Source: a virus. From it: DNA of 32,088 bases. Numbering within the stretch: the first letter of the stretch is position 1; every line of letters starts with the position of its first letter. The stretch is from IMG/VR virus record IMGVR_UViG_3300021168_000018; one strand, given 5' to 3'. The notes under the pieces were generated by a model that was given only the letters and a program-made list of their open reading frames with translations, ran no database searches and had not been told where the DNA came from. Shown here piece after piece: positions 16,942-26,393 of the stretch. The position numbers and the translations under genes are program-made.

Positions 16942-18344
16942 TAGAAAATTATCCCTTTCCCAGTAGCAGAAGCCAAAGCCGCCTTGAACGCAGAACTAAC
17001 AGAAGCGTATACACCCACTCCGGTTGTGCCATTGCTTGTATTCGTATAGGTGAACGATACCGCGCTGGTATTTGGATTATAATAAAGCGCCCTTCCATCG
17101 TCCTCATTCAACGTAGAAGCCCCACTTCCAGCTGGACAAGCGTTGTTGTTCCCGCTGTTCGTAGCTGCACCTGCATATATCCCGGGAGATGCCCCCGTGA
17201 CCGTACAAGAAAACCAAATCGCCGCGTTGAACACTAATCCATTCGACGTAGTTGGAGTGATGGATTGCGTCACCAAGCTACCGACAGTATTTTGCGTCCC
17301 GGTTGTGGTCGAATCCACGTCATGCGCGGAAGTAGCCGCTCCGGTTACGTCTACCATGACCAAGAAATTAAACCCCAGCGTATCCGTTCCACTATAGGTA
17401 GGGCTGAGGGTCAAGGTATTACTGCAAGTCGCGTTCGAGGAATAAAAAATCTGACCTATATCGGGTCCGCCCGCGTTGGTAACGCTCTGCCCGGTAGACC
17501 ACGTATTCGAGGGGCTAGAGCTTAAGGCGCTTAGGGTTACGGCGGCGCTGCTCCATACACCGACTAAAAGATTGCCCGCGCACGGAACCTGCATCGTGTG
17601 CGTGGTGGTGCCGAACGCCTCGCCCTGTAAGCCAATGACACGGATTCCCGTCGAGGAAGGAGCCGTACCTGTTGATGCCGGTTTCAATGCGATGGCCGTT
17701 GATTCCCAAGTGTCCGAATCCGAGGTCGTAAAGGAGGTTGTCTGCGAGCCAGAGGAACCAGTTACTTTATACTGAGCGAATGTTCCCGATCTGTTCGCGC
17801 TGAGGACCGTTCCTCCGCTACTGGTTGCCATGCTGGTGATTGTAGGAGTTAAGGTAGTAACATCAACGGCGGCATGATAAAGATAATCTCCCGAAACGGT
17901 AGTTGTTAACGTAACGCTACGAGTCGCAGAAGTGTTAGAAACATCTGACGTACAATCAGAGTTATAAAGCTCCACACCGCGAAAGGAAACCGTTCCCGAG
18001 CCACCAGAGGTAGTGGCCGTAATAACCTGTGAGCCAGCGGTAGCTATTCCACGGTAAGTGGCAAGAGTTTGAGCGTTGTTTGTAACGGTAGGCCCAAGGG
18101 TAAGCGTGTCACCTTTGTCGGTCTGCATGGCGCTGACCGTCATACCGGAGTCATGCTCCATGCTGATTGCTAGGCAGTTTCCCGACAATGTTTTGTTTGG
18201 AAACCAAGTCTTCGCGTTTGCCCCTGTAACTTGAGTGTTGTCTCGACCGCTGGAAAGGTACTGCACGACGGTCGGCGTCTGTGCCCAAGCGTGAGGAGCA
18301 TATAGCAGGCCAACTAACAGAAATAATACAATCCACCGTTTCAT
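16941..18344 (-). CDS. Sec-signal, S/T-rich protein with two virion-type beta-sandwich domains (467 aa)
   Basis: MKRWIVLFLLVGLLYAPHAWA|Q signal peptide; ATGA overlap with the upstream stop. Confidence 0.75.
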   Translation of the reverse strand: MKRWIVLFLLVGLLYAPHAWAQTPTVVQYLSSGRDNTQVTGANAKTWFPNKTLSGNCLAISMEHDSGMTVSAMQTDKGDTLTLGPTVTNNAQTLATYRGIATAGSQVITATTSGGSGTVSFRGVELYNSDCTSDVSNTSATRSVTLTTTVSGDYLYHAAVDVTTLTPTITSMATSSGGTVLSANRSGTFAQYKVTGSSGSQTTSFTTSDSDTWESTAIALKPASTGTAPSSTGIRVIGLQGEAFGTTTHTMQVPCAGNLLVGVWSSAAVTLSALSSSPSNTWSTGQSVTNAGGPDIGQIFYSSNATCSNTLTLSPTYSGTDTLGFNFLVMVDVTGAATSAHDVDSTTTGTQNTVGSLVTQSITPTTSNGLVFNAAIWFSCTVTGASPGIYAGAATNSGNNNACPAGSGASTLNEDDGRALYYNPNTSAVSFTYTNTSNGTTGVGVYASVSSAFKAALASATGKGIIF

Positions 18345-19096
18345 TGGGCACAATCCAGTTGGAACGTGATTTGCTTAGGACCGGAAATCGTCGTTATAAA
18401 AAATCCAAGTGTGTCGTTCGCAGAAAGCGTCGTCGATGTGAAGTCTGTTACCGTCGTCGAATCCACTTTCGTACCAGATGCCAACGAAACTCCGCTCGTA
18501 GAAATCGAATTTGAGCCAACTGTCGGAAGCGCAGTTCCACTGTTAATTCTAGCTGTCTTGATGGTCACGGTACCAGAGTCTGCCATGATGTGATAGCCAA
18601 TAATAGTACACGGAAATGGAACTGTAATATAACCGACTTCACTCGTCGTCAAAGCTGAGCCGGTTGCTACGTCTCCGAATGCCCATCCGAGTGTTCTAAC
18701 AACACCATGTTGGAACGCGAAATAATTGGTTCCGTCTGTATAAATCGTGGCTCCCTGACCTCCAGGGAGAGGCATACTAGCAGCCGCACTCACATAACTT
18801 GAACCATTAAAATAACTTATGTTAGAAGTCGTTGGGGTTATCGTTTGAAGGCCCGTACTGATATTTGTAATGTTCCAAACGACCCCTGCTCCACACGTGG
18901 ACGCATTTGGCATTGTCGGCGTCTGAGCAGAAGCGTTGCTCAATTGGACCAATTTCAAACTGTCAGCACAGGTTATTGGATAGTTGGAACCAGTCTGAAG
19001 ATTGATGCCAGAATTCGCTACAAAGACATTCTGCGCTTCTAGTGGCGAAGCCAGCATCGAAAGACACATCAGCAGAGCAAACAGCTTTCTTTTCAT
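18341..19096 (-). CDS. Sec-signal protein with phage structural-type domains (251 aa)
   Basis: SD AGGAG + MKRKLFALLMCLSMLASPLEA|Q; IYTDGTNYF motif; C-terminal GYITVPFPCTIIGYHIMADSG...LSANDTLGF domain. Confidence 0.75.
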   Translation of the reverse strand: MKRKLFALLMCLSMLASPLEAQNVFVANSGINLQTGSNYPITCADSLKLVQLSNASAQTPTMPNASTCGAGVVWNITNISTGLQTITPTTSNISYFNGSSYVSAAASMPLPGGQGATIYTDGTNYFAFQHGVVRTLGWAFGDVATGSALTTSEVGYITVPFPCTIIGYHIMADSGTVTIKTARINSGTALPTVGSNSISTSGVSLASGTKVDSTTVTDFTSTTLSANDTLGFFITTISGPKQITFQLDCAQ

Positions 19097-19186
19097 AGTG
19101 ACACTCCTATATTTAGAGTTACCAGTCTCATTTCCAGCGTTTGACCCTGTGTGGACATGATTCTGTGCCCATGTTGGAGTTGCCAT
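19097..19186 (-). pseudogene. In-frame relic N-terminus MATPTWAQNHVHTGSNAGNETGN
   Basis: Has its own SD (AGGAGG) and ATG; resembles the mature N-terminus of the 467-aa protein (QTPTVVQYLSSG..N..TG); runs into a GTAACTCTA motif and a new SD. Confidence 0.45.
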
Positions 19187-19198
19187 GTCTTATCCTCC

Positions 19199-21154
19199 TT
19201 AATGCGCTGGATAACAATTCGAAGAGTCAAAACTCAGCAGCGTTGCCGCGCCGTTCGTTGGCCCACCCATAACACTCAGGTAGCATACAGCAGCGGGAAT
19301 GTGATTGGCGTGACCCCCGACTCCTGAAATGTTCCCACTAGAAATATCCGGACCATCCGCAGGCCACGGGATAGTTGGTTGTCCAGTCACTCCCCACCAA
19401 GCCGGTTTCACAGTTAAGAAAAATGATGATGGTAGCGTCTGACTAGAGGGAACAGTATTAGCAAAACCATCAGTCAGCACTGTCGGAATTTCAGCATTGA
19501 CAAAACGAACACCTGGACTACTCACCACATCATAGTTTCCCCAACGTAAAAGACTTGTCGTTGTGTAAGCCTCACTAGCAGGCGCATCTCCAGCGTATCC
19601 TAGAGAATAAATCTGCACGTCATTGTTGCAGCTGGACGGACTCGGATAGGCGCACTGATACGTTGTGTGGTAGCCGGACGTTCCCAACACATTACCAACT
19701 ATGTTCCAAAAACGATTATAGGTGTAAAGAAGAATCGGATTCGTGTTTTGGTTCTTTCCGCCGCTGCTCCCGCCATTAATGTCTCGTCCGCTATAGTAAT
19801 TTCTGAAAACCGTGAAGAAATTAGATGTGCCATGGACGTCATCACCGATAGCACCGAAACCTTCATTGCCCTCAAATAAATTGTAAGCGTCCCCGCTACC
19901 GTGATGATAACCTGGACCGCTCTGTTGAAATCCAGTGTCACTTCCAGCTGGAGTTCCTGTGTAATAGTTGTCTATATCAAAATTGTAGTCCTGGACTCCA
20001 CCAATACAGCCCTCTTGCATGTAAGAGAACGCCATGTGTTGCGTGATGTTGTTCTCGAAAAGAACGTCTGCTCCTGCCCAACAAGAATAGACATAGTTAT
20101 TAGAAGTCGAAGCAGACCCAAAACCATAGCTATCTCTTATCGTAATGTTCTTCGACTGGTAGCCATAGAACTGATATGTCCCAGAACCATTCAGCCCTTG
20201 CCCAATAAAACGAATATTCTTCACCCACACGTTATAGCAATCGATGCAGAAAATATTCGAGAAGGCTGAATTGCTTCTAGCATCTAGTGACATGCTCTCT
20301 ATACCATCATTCTGAATAGGTAGGCCACTATTGCTCCACATCTGCGGAGTACGAGCGCCGGAAATATTTGGCATCCTTATTCCAGGAGAAATTCCTATTG
20401 TCCATGGTCCAGAACCAGAGATAGAAGTGATTATCTGTGGCTCTTCTTGCGTCGAAGGACGCCAGTTACGTCCGTTGCCAGAACCACCACCGCTACAATT
20501 GGAAGCCTGACAAACAAAAACCCCGGCTGCTGGAATTGTCGTATTGTCCAACTGATCTAAAAATATAAGACTACCGACTTGCAATCCTGCGATACTTCCT
20601 TTAGTGAATGTATTGATGGTGATACTCGTAGTCCCTACAGCGTAACCTCCTGTCCAACTAGCTAGATTGTTATAAGTCTGATCACCACCATCACCATTAT
20701 TTACGGATTGGAGACAGATATTAGCTCCACCAAATCCGGCGCAGCCGTTTGCGCCCACAGCGGAAGTGAACGTTACGAAAGTCGAATTCGCCCCACTACC
20801 TCTTAAGGTCACGTTGCTCTTATTAGCAAAGTCAATCATCGTAGTGATAGAAAATGATCCCGATCCAAGTAACACGAAATGGTTCGCTGCACAAGAAGCT
20901 ATCGCGCTGTTTATCGCTGTGGCTGTTCCAGAATATGCAGAGATTGTAGAACCACATTGCGTTCGAGTTCCAGTAGGATCTATAACTGCTCCAGCTTTAG
21001 ACCAATCGATAGCGCGAGTAGAAGCGAGAATTCCAGTCCAAGGTGGTCCAGAACTCGTCACAGTTATAGAAAGATTCGCCGTAGCTGAACCCTGTCCGTA
21101 TACAGGAATAAGTGAAAACAGAAATACAATCAAAGCAGACAACCATTTTTTCAT
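19199..21154 (-). CDS. Secreted right-handed beta-helix (pectate lyase-like) protein, putative polysaccharide binder or depolymerase (651 aa)
   Basis: Signal MKKWLSALIVFLFSLIPVYG|Q; TATAINSAIASC...VLLGSGSF...NVTLRGSG; Asn-ladder coils (NVWVKNI, NITIRDS, LFENN, NLFEGN); paired Cys. Confidence 0.8.
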   Translation of the reverse strand: MKKWLSALIVFLFSLIPVYGQGSATANLSITVTSSGPPWTGILASTRAIDWSKAGAVIDPTGTRTQCGSTISAYSGTATAINSAIASCAANHFVLLGSGSFSITTMIDFANKSNVTLRGSGANSTFVTFTSAVGANGCAGFGGANICLQSVNNGDGGDQTYNNLASWTGGYAVGTTSITINTFTKGSIAGLQVGSLIFLDQLDNTTIPAAGVFVCQASNCSGGGSGNGRNWRPSTQEEPQIITSISGSGPWTIGISPGIRMPNISGARTPQMWSNSGLPIQNDGIESMSLDARSNSAFSNIFCIDCYNVWVKNIRFIGQGLNGSGTYQFYGYQSKNITIRDSYGFGSASTSNNYVYSCWAGADVLFENNITQHMAFSYMQEGCIGGVQDYNFDIDNYYTGTPAGSDTGFQQSGPGYHHGSGDAYNLFEGNEGFGAIGDDVHGTSNFFTVFRNYYSGRDINGGSSGGKNQNTNPILLYTYNRFWNIVGNVLGTSGYHTTYQCAYPSPSSCNNDVQIYSLGYAGDAPASEAYTTTSLLRWGNYDVVSSPGVRFVNAEIPTVLTDGFANTVPSSQTLPSSFFLTVKPAWWGVTGQPTIPWPADGPDISSGNISGVGGHANHIPAAVCYLSVMGGPTNGAATLLSFDSSNCYPAH

Positions 21155-21492
21155 AGCACGACTCCTACACTGATTGTTCCCACATTCCCAAGTATATCTA
21201 TCACTTGAACTGTGAAATTAAACGTGCCTGTCGCTGACGGTGTCCCAGTGATATTTCCAGAAGTGTCCATGCCCAACCCCGTAGGTAGAGCACCAGAAAT
21301 TACAGACCACATGAATGGTCCAGGTCCTCCAGAAACCGACAGCACAGAATTCAGAGAAGCACTGTATGGAGTTCCTACTGTGGCTCCTGGGAGACTCCCG
21401 ATCACAGTTATGACAATTGGATAATTTCTAGCAATAGCGACTGGACTATGACTAGAGGTCGGAGGGCCATGTCTTTGGGAAGCAAATCCCAT
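21151..21492 (-). CDS. Single putative Ig (He_PIG) domain protein
   Basis: LPGATVGTPYS...GGPGPFMWSVISGALPTGL...GNITGTPSATGTFNFTVQV. Confidence 0.8.
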   Translation of the reverse strand: MGFASQRHGPPTSSHSPVAIARNYPIVITVIGSLPGATVGTPYSASLNSVLSVSGGPGPFMWSVISGALPTGLGMDTSGNITGTPSATGTFNFTVQVIDILGNVGTISVGVVL

Positions 21493-22722
21493 CTAGCCTC
21501 CTACGACATGGAGCATCGGCTTTCGGTACTGTGCTTCTAGCTGTTCGATAGCCAAATCTACAGCGTTTTCTAATCCACCGCCTGGACCATTGCGTACCAG
21601 TTTAGCGTTTGGATAGAACGGAGACTGTCCTGACTCTAGGAATCTCCAGTCTGAATTGCTAGACAATAGAACAGTGAGCGGCTTTCCAAGCGCGTCTGCT
21701 AGACACATCGGTCCTGTCTCTACTGAAACCACGGCGTCTAGGTTGGAAATCAAAGCGGCCAACTCTTCCCAACTATTGAATTTCACGTTCTCTACTGGCT
21801 TGGGCATCACATGGTCGTGTTGCAGATTCACCCAATGAACTAGGTGGTCCGTCTTGCACACTAGACGCATCGCCTGTCCTTCTGTTAGAGAATGGACCCT
21901 GCGTCCACCGTGCTTAGATTCGTCTCCCCGCCAGCATAAACCAACTACTGGAAGCTTGGTTCTGGCTAGGGAATATTTCGCTTTCAGCTTTGGCAGAACT
22001 GTGAATTTCTCTGGTAGTTCCGGCACGTCGGCAGGAGTCGCATTGAAATTCGCTGGTAGGGAGACTACGGTAGTCCAGTGAGATTGTGTCGCTTGACTGC
22101 CAACTCCTATCAATCTATCTGGCCCACACCATGAGGCTCTCTCAAAGAATCCTCTCAGCTCTGGGAACGCGAAATATTTCCAAGAGATTCCCTTCTTGGT
22201 GAGTTCCGGCAACCATCGGCAAAATGTGATTCTGTCACCAATGCCGCCTTCGTCAATAACCAGCAATTCGTCTACGAGTTGTCTCCCGTTCCACGGTTTG
22301 ACGTTCATGGACAAACCGACAGTTAACGCTGATTGCTCTTTAGAAGCACGGGCAGAATCGTAGATAGGCCACGTATCGTGTCTGCCTCCCCATCTGCCAC
22401 TTCTCAATAAAGATTCAGAGTAGGCTAGTCGCACATATTCTTTTTCATCTGCGACCTGATAAGCTACCTTGAAGCAATCGTGTGCTTTGCCATGCTCTCC
22501 TAAATCCTTTAGAATGAATCCTAGGTTCATAGACGTGTTCGGGTCGTTAGGGTCTTTGCTGAATGCGAGTTGAGCTAGAGGCAGAGCGGCTTGCAGATCG
22601 TTCAGAGTGAAATAGCAGATTACTAGATTGTTGAGATTTTCAACGGTAGGACGTATAGAGCAGATTTTTTCCAATTGGCGAACTGACGACTTCGCCTGTT
22701 CCACGGTCATATACAGAGACAA
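21493..22722 (-). CDS. TPR + glycosyltransferase family 9-like protein
   Basis: N-terminal TPR helices; EGGIGDRITFCRW; VGLCWRG; WVNLQ; ELAALISNLDAVVSVETGPMCLADALGKP; SDWRF; SPFYPN. Confidence 0.85.
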   Translation of the reverse strand: MSLYMTVEQAKSSVRQLEKICSIRPTVENLNNLVICYFTLNDLQAALPLAQLAFSKDPNDPNTSMNLGFILKDLGEHGKAHDCFKVAYQVADEKEYVRLAYSESLLRSGRWGGRHDTWPIYDSARASKEQSALTVGLSMNVKPWNGRQLVDELLVIDEGGIGDRITFCRWLPELTKKGISWKYFAFPELRGFFERASWCGPDRLIGVGSQATQSHWTTVVSLPANFNATPADVPELPEKFTVLPKLKAKYSLARTKLPVVGLCWRGDESKHGGRRVHSLTEGQAMRLVCKTDHLVHWVNLQHDHVMPKPVENVKFNSWEELAALISNLDAVVSVETGPMCLADALGKPLTVLLSSNSDWRFLESGQSPFYPNAKLVRNGPGGGLENAVDLAIEQLEAQYRKPMLHVVGG

Positions 22723-22725
22723 GCA

Positions 22726-23061
22726 TCACCCCAATCCTACCGACCTTAGAAAACTTTGCTTCGCTTCCATTCTCTCCAATGCTGCCACGTATGGAGTACA
22801 TCTCCCGTCTTTGTGACACTCTGGACACACTAGAGTCCAGCACTTGTGGCAGACCGCTGGAGGTTCTCGTTTCACCTTGCTGACCAGTGTGTGTTCTGTG
22901 CCCTTCGGCAATTCTACATCGCTGGTAGCGTCACCAAACGGTGAAACGTGTACGATACGCTGACAGTGTCCACAGGTGACGGTCTTGACTTCGACTAATC
23001 CGCCAAAGGGGTCGCAGAGCAAAGCGACCCCTTCGCTCTTCTTACTATAGGAAACCTCCAT
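22726..23061 (-). CDS. Cys-rich Zn-binding hypothetical protein (111 aa)
   Basis: ATG at 23061 with SD GAGGAG; CGHC...CHKC...CPEC...C. Confidence 0.7.
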   Translation of the reverse strand: MEVSYSKKSEGVALLCDPFGGLVEVKTVTCGHCQRIVHVSPFGDATSDVELPKGTEHTLVSKVKREPPAVCHKCWTLVCPECHKDGRCTPYVAALERMEAKQSFLRSVGLG

Positions 23062-23063
23062 GA

Positions 23064-23531
23064 TTACTCCTCGTGGTGAATATGTGCGTTCGCTACGCCA
23101 GTGTACGCCGGAGCCACGGACGACAGAACAGAGATGCCGATGCCGTTGCCGGCGACGGTAGCGACAACGAGTTGAGCACCTTCTGTCCATGCGTTCCATG
23201 TATATGTCGCACGCTGGTTGATGCCTTCGTCAAACAGAGACGAGTTGGCGGTGTAAGTCGGTTCAGTGGTCGCGTTGGAACCGGCGGTCGCCGCGGCAGA
23301 GGACGGGTCGGTAGCATCCAAGTTACGCGGGGTGACAGCAGTCGTGGTTCCAATCACGGTAGAGCGCTGGAGAATCCATTCCAAAACACCGTCAGCCGCT
23401 GCGCCGGTCGTTGATACGACGAAATGGAAAATCTTCGCCCTCACAGTGGTAGAACCGGTTAGAAGCAGAGGTGTCTTGAAAGAGCTGGATACAGCAGCGA
23501 TAGATCCAGGTTCCGCAAATCTCCTTGCCAT
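23064..23531 (-). CDS. Probable virion structural protein (155 aa)
   Basis: SD AAGGAG; A/T-rich beta protein; TAVTPRNLDATD...ATAGSNATTEPTYT. Confidence 0.65.
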   Translation of the reverse strand: MARRFAEPGSIAAVSSSFKTPLLLTGSTTVRAKIFHFVVSTTGAAADGVLEWILQRSTVIGTTTAVTPRNLDATDPSSAAATAGSNATTEPTYTANSSLFDEGINQRATYTWNAWTEGAQLVVATVAGNGIGISVLSSVAPAYTGVANAHIHHEE

Positions 23532-23558
23532 TTATTTCTCCTTAAATGAAATTACAGA

Positions 23559-23903
23559 CTAAACAGCAGCTACGAAAACTCCAGGCTCACTCTTCACAGA
23601 AACGTTCTCCTCTCCAAGTCCTTGAGCCAAAGCTGGACCTGGAGCAATTTCTTTCTCTTTGTCTAGCGGATGCTTCTCGGCTTCCATGGCCGTGCCGTCT
23701 AGGACAACGATGTATCCACGGTCCAGGTAATGACGCAGATTGTTGCCGGTGATTCCAGCATATCCGAAATTGCTGAGTGAGGCGTTGCGGACCATGTTTT
23801 CACCAGGAATGGATTCTACGACATACTGGACTTCTTCGTCGGACAGTTTGAGCCACCTTCCCAGCTTGCCATCGGTAATTATTTTCTTGACGCTAACGTA
23901 CAT
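23559..23903 (-). CDS. Hypothetical protein (114 aa)
   Basis: SD GAGAGG; preceded by the AAAGTAATTCTT motif. Confidence 0.7.
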   Translation of the reverse strand: MYVSVKKIITDGKLGRWLKLSDEEVQYVVESIPGENMVRNASLSNFGYAGITGNNLRHYLDRGYIVVLDGTAMEAEKHPLDKEKEIAPGPALAQGLGEENVSVKSEPGVFVAAV

Positions 23904-23925
23904 TTCGTTCCTCTCTCATTACAGT

Positions 23926-23937
23926 AAGAATTACTTT
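23926..23937 (-). promoter_or_regulatory. Candidate promoter motif AAAGTAATTCTT
   Basis: Intergenic, 22 nt upstream of an ATG. Confidence 0.5.
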
Positions 23938-23939
23938 AA

Positions 23940-24194
23940 TCACAGCTTCTCTGGATACTGTAAAGGTACGAACCTGACATCATCAGATCCAGTCCCGTGT
24001 AGAAGTGGGGTGCCTGATGATGCGTTTGTAACAACGGTGTCCGCAGCAGCATTCACTAGTTTGCAATTTGTGAAATCATTGCCAGACACTTGGACAGCGA
24101 TGCCAGATTTGACCATCGCTCTGGTCGTAACAGGATTCAATGTAGAAGAAACTACGGTAACTCCGTCGCTCTTTTTCAATGTGGCAGTTGCCAT
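23940..24194 (-). CDS. Hypothetical protein (84 aa)
   Basis: SD AAGGAG; TAATG coupling. Confidence 0.7.
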   Translation of the reverse strand: MATATLKKSDGVTVVSSTLNPVTTRAMVKSGIAVQVSGNDFTNCKLVNAAADTVVTNASSGTPLLHGTGSDDVRFVPLQYPEKL

Positions 24195-25759
24195 TATGCA
24201 CTCCTTTTCTTCTTAAAGATAACTCGCCCGAATAGGCCGGATTTGTTTGCGTGTCTAAGTGCTTCCACTTGCTTCACTCTCCTGAGTTTCCCTTTGCTGA
24301 GAGCGTAGACAGGTATTTTCCTTTTCAGAGCATGAACTGTTTCACTGAACACCCCGGCTGTGAGACGCTTCCCTTTCGCTGGCTTGAGCACGAGGCGTTT
24401 AGATTTATCTATCTTCTCATGGAAATATCCCATGCCTAGCTCTGCGTGCTTCTTTGTCGTTGGAACGCTCACGCCTTCATTCGGGAATGCTTCTTGGATG
24501 CGGTCTATGTTCGCCTCTTCAGCGTCTGTATTGTAGTGAGACATTGGACGAGCGAAATATGTTTTCTTCGCTTCTCTGAGGAAGTTGCCCACTCTGGACT
24601 CGAAGGTCCTAGACGTTTTCATCTCTTTAGGCTTTAGAGCAGAGAGTTTATGACTTCCATTGCTATTGCTGCTCACAGCCATCCTATGACCGGCTGGCGA
24701 TTGTACAATAGAATGGATAGCTTGGACTGCTCCTTCTGTACCAGTCAATCGAGAGCCAACTTCTAAAACTTTCCAGCCAAGTTCCTTTAGATGCTCCAGC
24801 GCTTCCTCATGACCACCCTTCAACTCTTCCTTTTGTTGCTCAGGAGTCCGTGGAGTAGTTGGTTGATTTTGCTGCATCTGCTGAGCGGCTTGCTTCGCTG
24901 CTCTATCTTTCTGTGCCTGAGCAATCATATTCAATTGAGGCTGAGTGCGGCTGACGACCTGCATCATGTTCATTGTGCGCGGGTCGTTTTGCAGATTCTG
25001 CTGCATAGACTTTTGCTGATTGGTTTTGGCTGAACCGGCGTCTCTAGGATTTCTTACTCCCCACTTTTGACCCTTGACGCCATGCTCTCGCACTTCTGGA
25101 TTTTCCATTATGTCTTGGTGGTGACCCAGAATCGACTTGGTCATGTCCTGGTCTGTGCCACGACCGGCCATTTGTCCAGTGGTAGCGAGATACGATTCGT
25201 ACTCTGGTTTCTCGAAAACATCTTCTGGAAGCTGAAGTGATGCGCCTGCTCGTGACGCCACTAGTTTCTTCGTCGTGTGCTTCTTTACAAAAGCACGCTC
25301 CCTGAATTTCCACATTGGAATAGCGTCAATCCCACCGAAGAATTTGTCGTCATCATAATGTTGTTTGAAGCACCGTTTAGCAGCATCGGATGAGGCAAAA
25401 CCCAACATGACCTTGTCCTCATCAAATTCTGCTCCGTCTGGCGTGTTGCAATGAACGACGTAGGCGAAAGCAGCATCTTCGTTTGGTCCCACAAATACAT
25501 CAAGTGCGTCACCATCTACTCCTTCTGTGCCGGGGATGTATCCGTATGGCAGACGCATCTTGGTGCGCCACTCTTCGCCGTCGTCATCGACTCCCTTACG
25601 GACACTCCCCTTGCGATTCTCTATGCTGATTGGGATATTCTGGAACGTGGTCTTACCGTGGAGCTTACGATTTTCACGAAGGCGAATCATCTTCACCTTG
25701 AAATCGTGAATCTCCTTGGGTCCCTGGAGTATCGTCCGGCCACGATCGTCTACGTACAA
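24194..25759 (-). CDS. Multidomain (polyvalent-type) protein: inorganic pyrophosphatase-like domain + HGVKGQKWG module + NDT-like domain (521 aa)
   Basis: IPISIENRKGSVR...PYGYIPGTEGVDGDALDVFVGP...FDEDKVMLGF (phage PPase-like); VREHGVKGQKWGVR; C-terminal TYFARPMSHY...AGVFSETVHALKRKIPVY (nucleoside 2-deoxyribosyltransferase-like pattern). Confidence 0.78.
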   Translation of the reverse strand: MYVDDRGRTILQGPKEIHDFKVKMIRLRENRKLHGKTTFQNIPISIENRKGSVRKGVDDDGEEWRTKMRLPYGYIPGTEGVDGDALDVFVGPNEDAAFAYVVHCNTPDGAEFDEDKVMLGFASSDAAKRCFKQHYDDDKFFGGIDAIPMWKFRERAFVKKHTTKKLVASRAGASLQLPEDVFEKPEYESYLATTGQMAGRGTDQDMTKSILGHHQDIMENPEVREHGVKGQKWGVRNPRDAGSAKTNQQKSMQQNLQNDPRTMNMMQVVSRTQPQLNMIAQAQKDRAAKQAAQQMQQNQPTTPRTPEQQKEELKGGHEEALEHLKELGWKVLEVGSRLTGTEGAVQAIHSIVQSPAGHRMAVSSNSNGSHKLSALKPKEMKTSRTFESRVGNFLREAKKTYFARPMSHYNTDAEEANIDRIQEAFPNEGVSVPTTKKHAELGMGYFHEKIDKSKRLVLKPAKGKRLTAGVFSETVHALKRKIPVYALSKGKLRRVKQVEALRHANKSGLFGRVIFKKKRSA

Positions 25760-25760
25760 G

Positions 25761-26393
25761 TTAGTTCTTTCCCTTCATCTTGACTTTGATAACGGCCACG
25801 TTGGACGCCGCATCAGTGACGGTTACGGAGAATGTGAATGACCCAGATGCTGTCGGAGTACCAGACAAGACACCCGACACGCTGAGAGTTATCCCGGTTG
25901 GCAGAGCGCCTGAAGTCACAGCCCATTTGTAAGGAGCAAGACCGCCGGTCGCTACCAGAGTGGTCGAGTAGGCGGTTCCTATTGTCGCGCCGGGGAGACT
26001 GTTCGTTGTGATAGCTAGAGCAGCGTAGACGTTCATCGTGTACGCTTGCGTGATGGATACAGCCGGAGTCTCACTATCGGTCGCTTGGACAGTGAAAGAA
26101 AATGCTCCGGTAGCAGTTGGAGTGCCGGAAAAAACGCCAGTGGTGCTATTGAGCGAAATTCCCGCCGGGAGTGCTCCTGCCGAAATGCTGAATGAGTATG
26201 GCGATAATCCACCAGACGCGGCTATTGACGCCGTGTACGCTAGACCAATCATTCCGTTGGGAACGGTCGCTGTAGAAATCACGACGGTCCCGGCGGTCAC
26301 ATTAAGCGTAAGAGATTTCGAAACTGTATCTTGTGCCAAAGTGGGAATGGCGAACAATGACAACGCGAGAAACAGACCTAGATATTTTTTCAT
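25761..26393 (-). CDS. Sec-signal protein with two He_PIG Ig domains (210 aa)
   Basis: MKKYLGLFLALSLFAIPTLA|Q; two GGLxPYx(F/W)...GALPxGI...SGTPT units. Confidence 0.85.
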   Translation of the reverse strand: MKKYLGLFLALSLFAIPTLAQDTVSKSLTLNVTAGTVVISTATVPNGMIGLAYTASIAASGGLSPYSFSISAGALPAGISLNSTTGVFSGTPTATGAFSFTVQATDSETPAVSITQAYTMNVYAALAITTNSLPGATIGTAYSTTLVATGGLAPYKWAVTSGALPTGITLSVSGVLSGTPTASGSFTFSVTVTDAASNVAVIKVKMKGKN

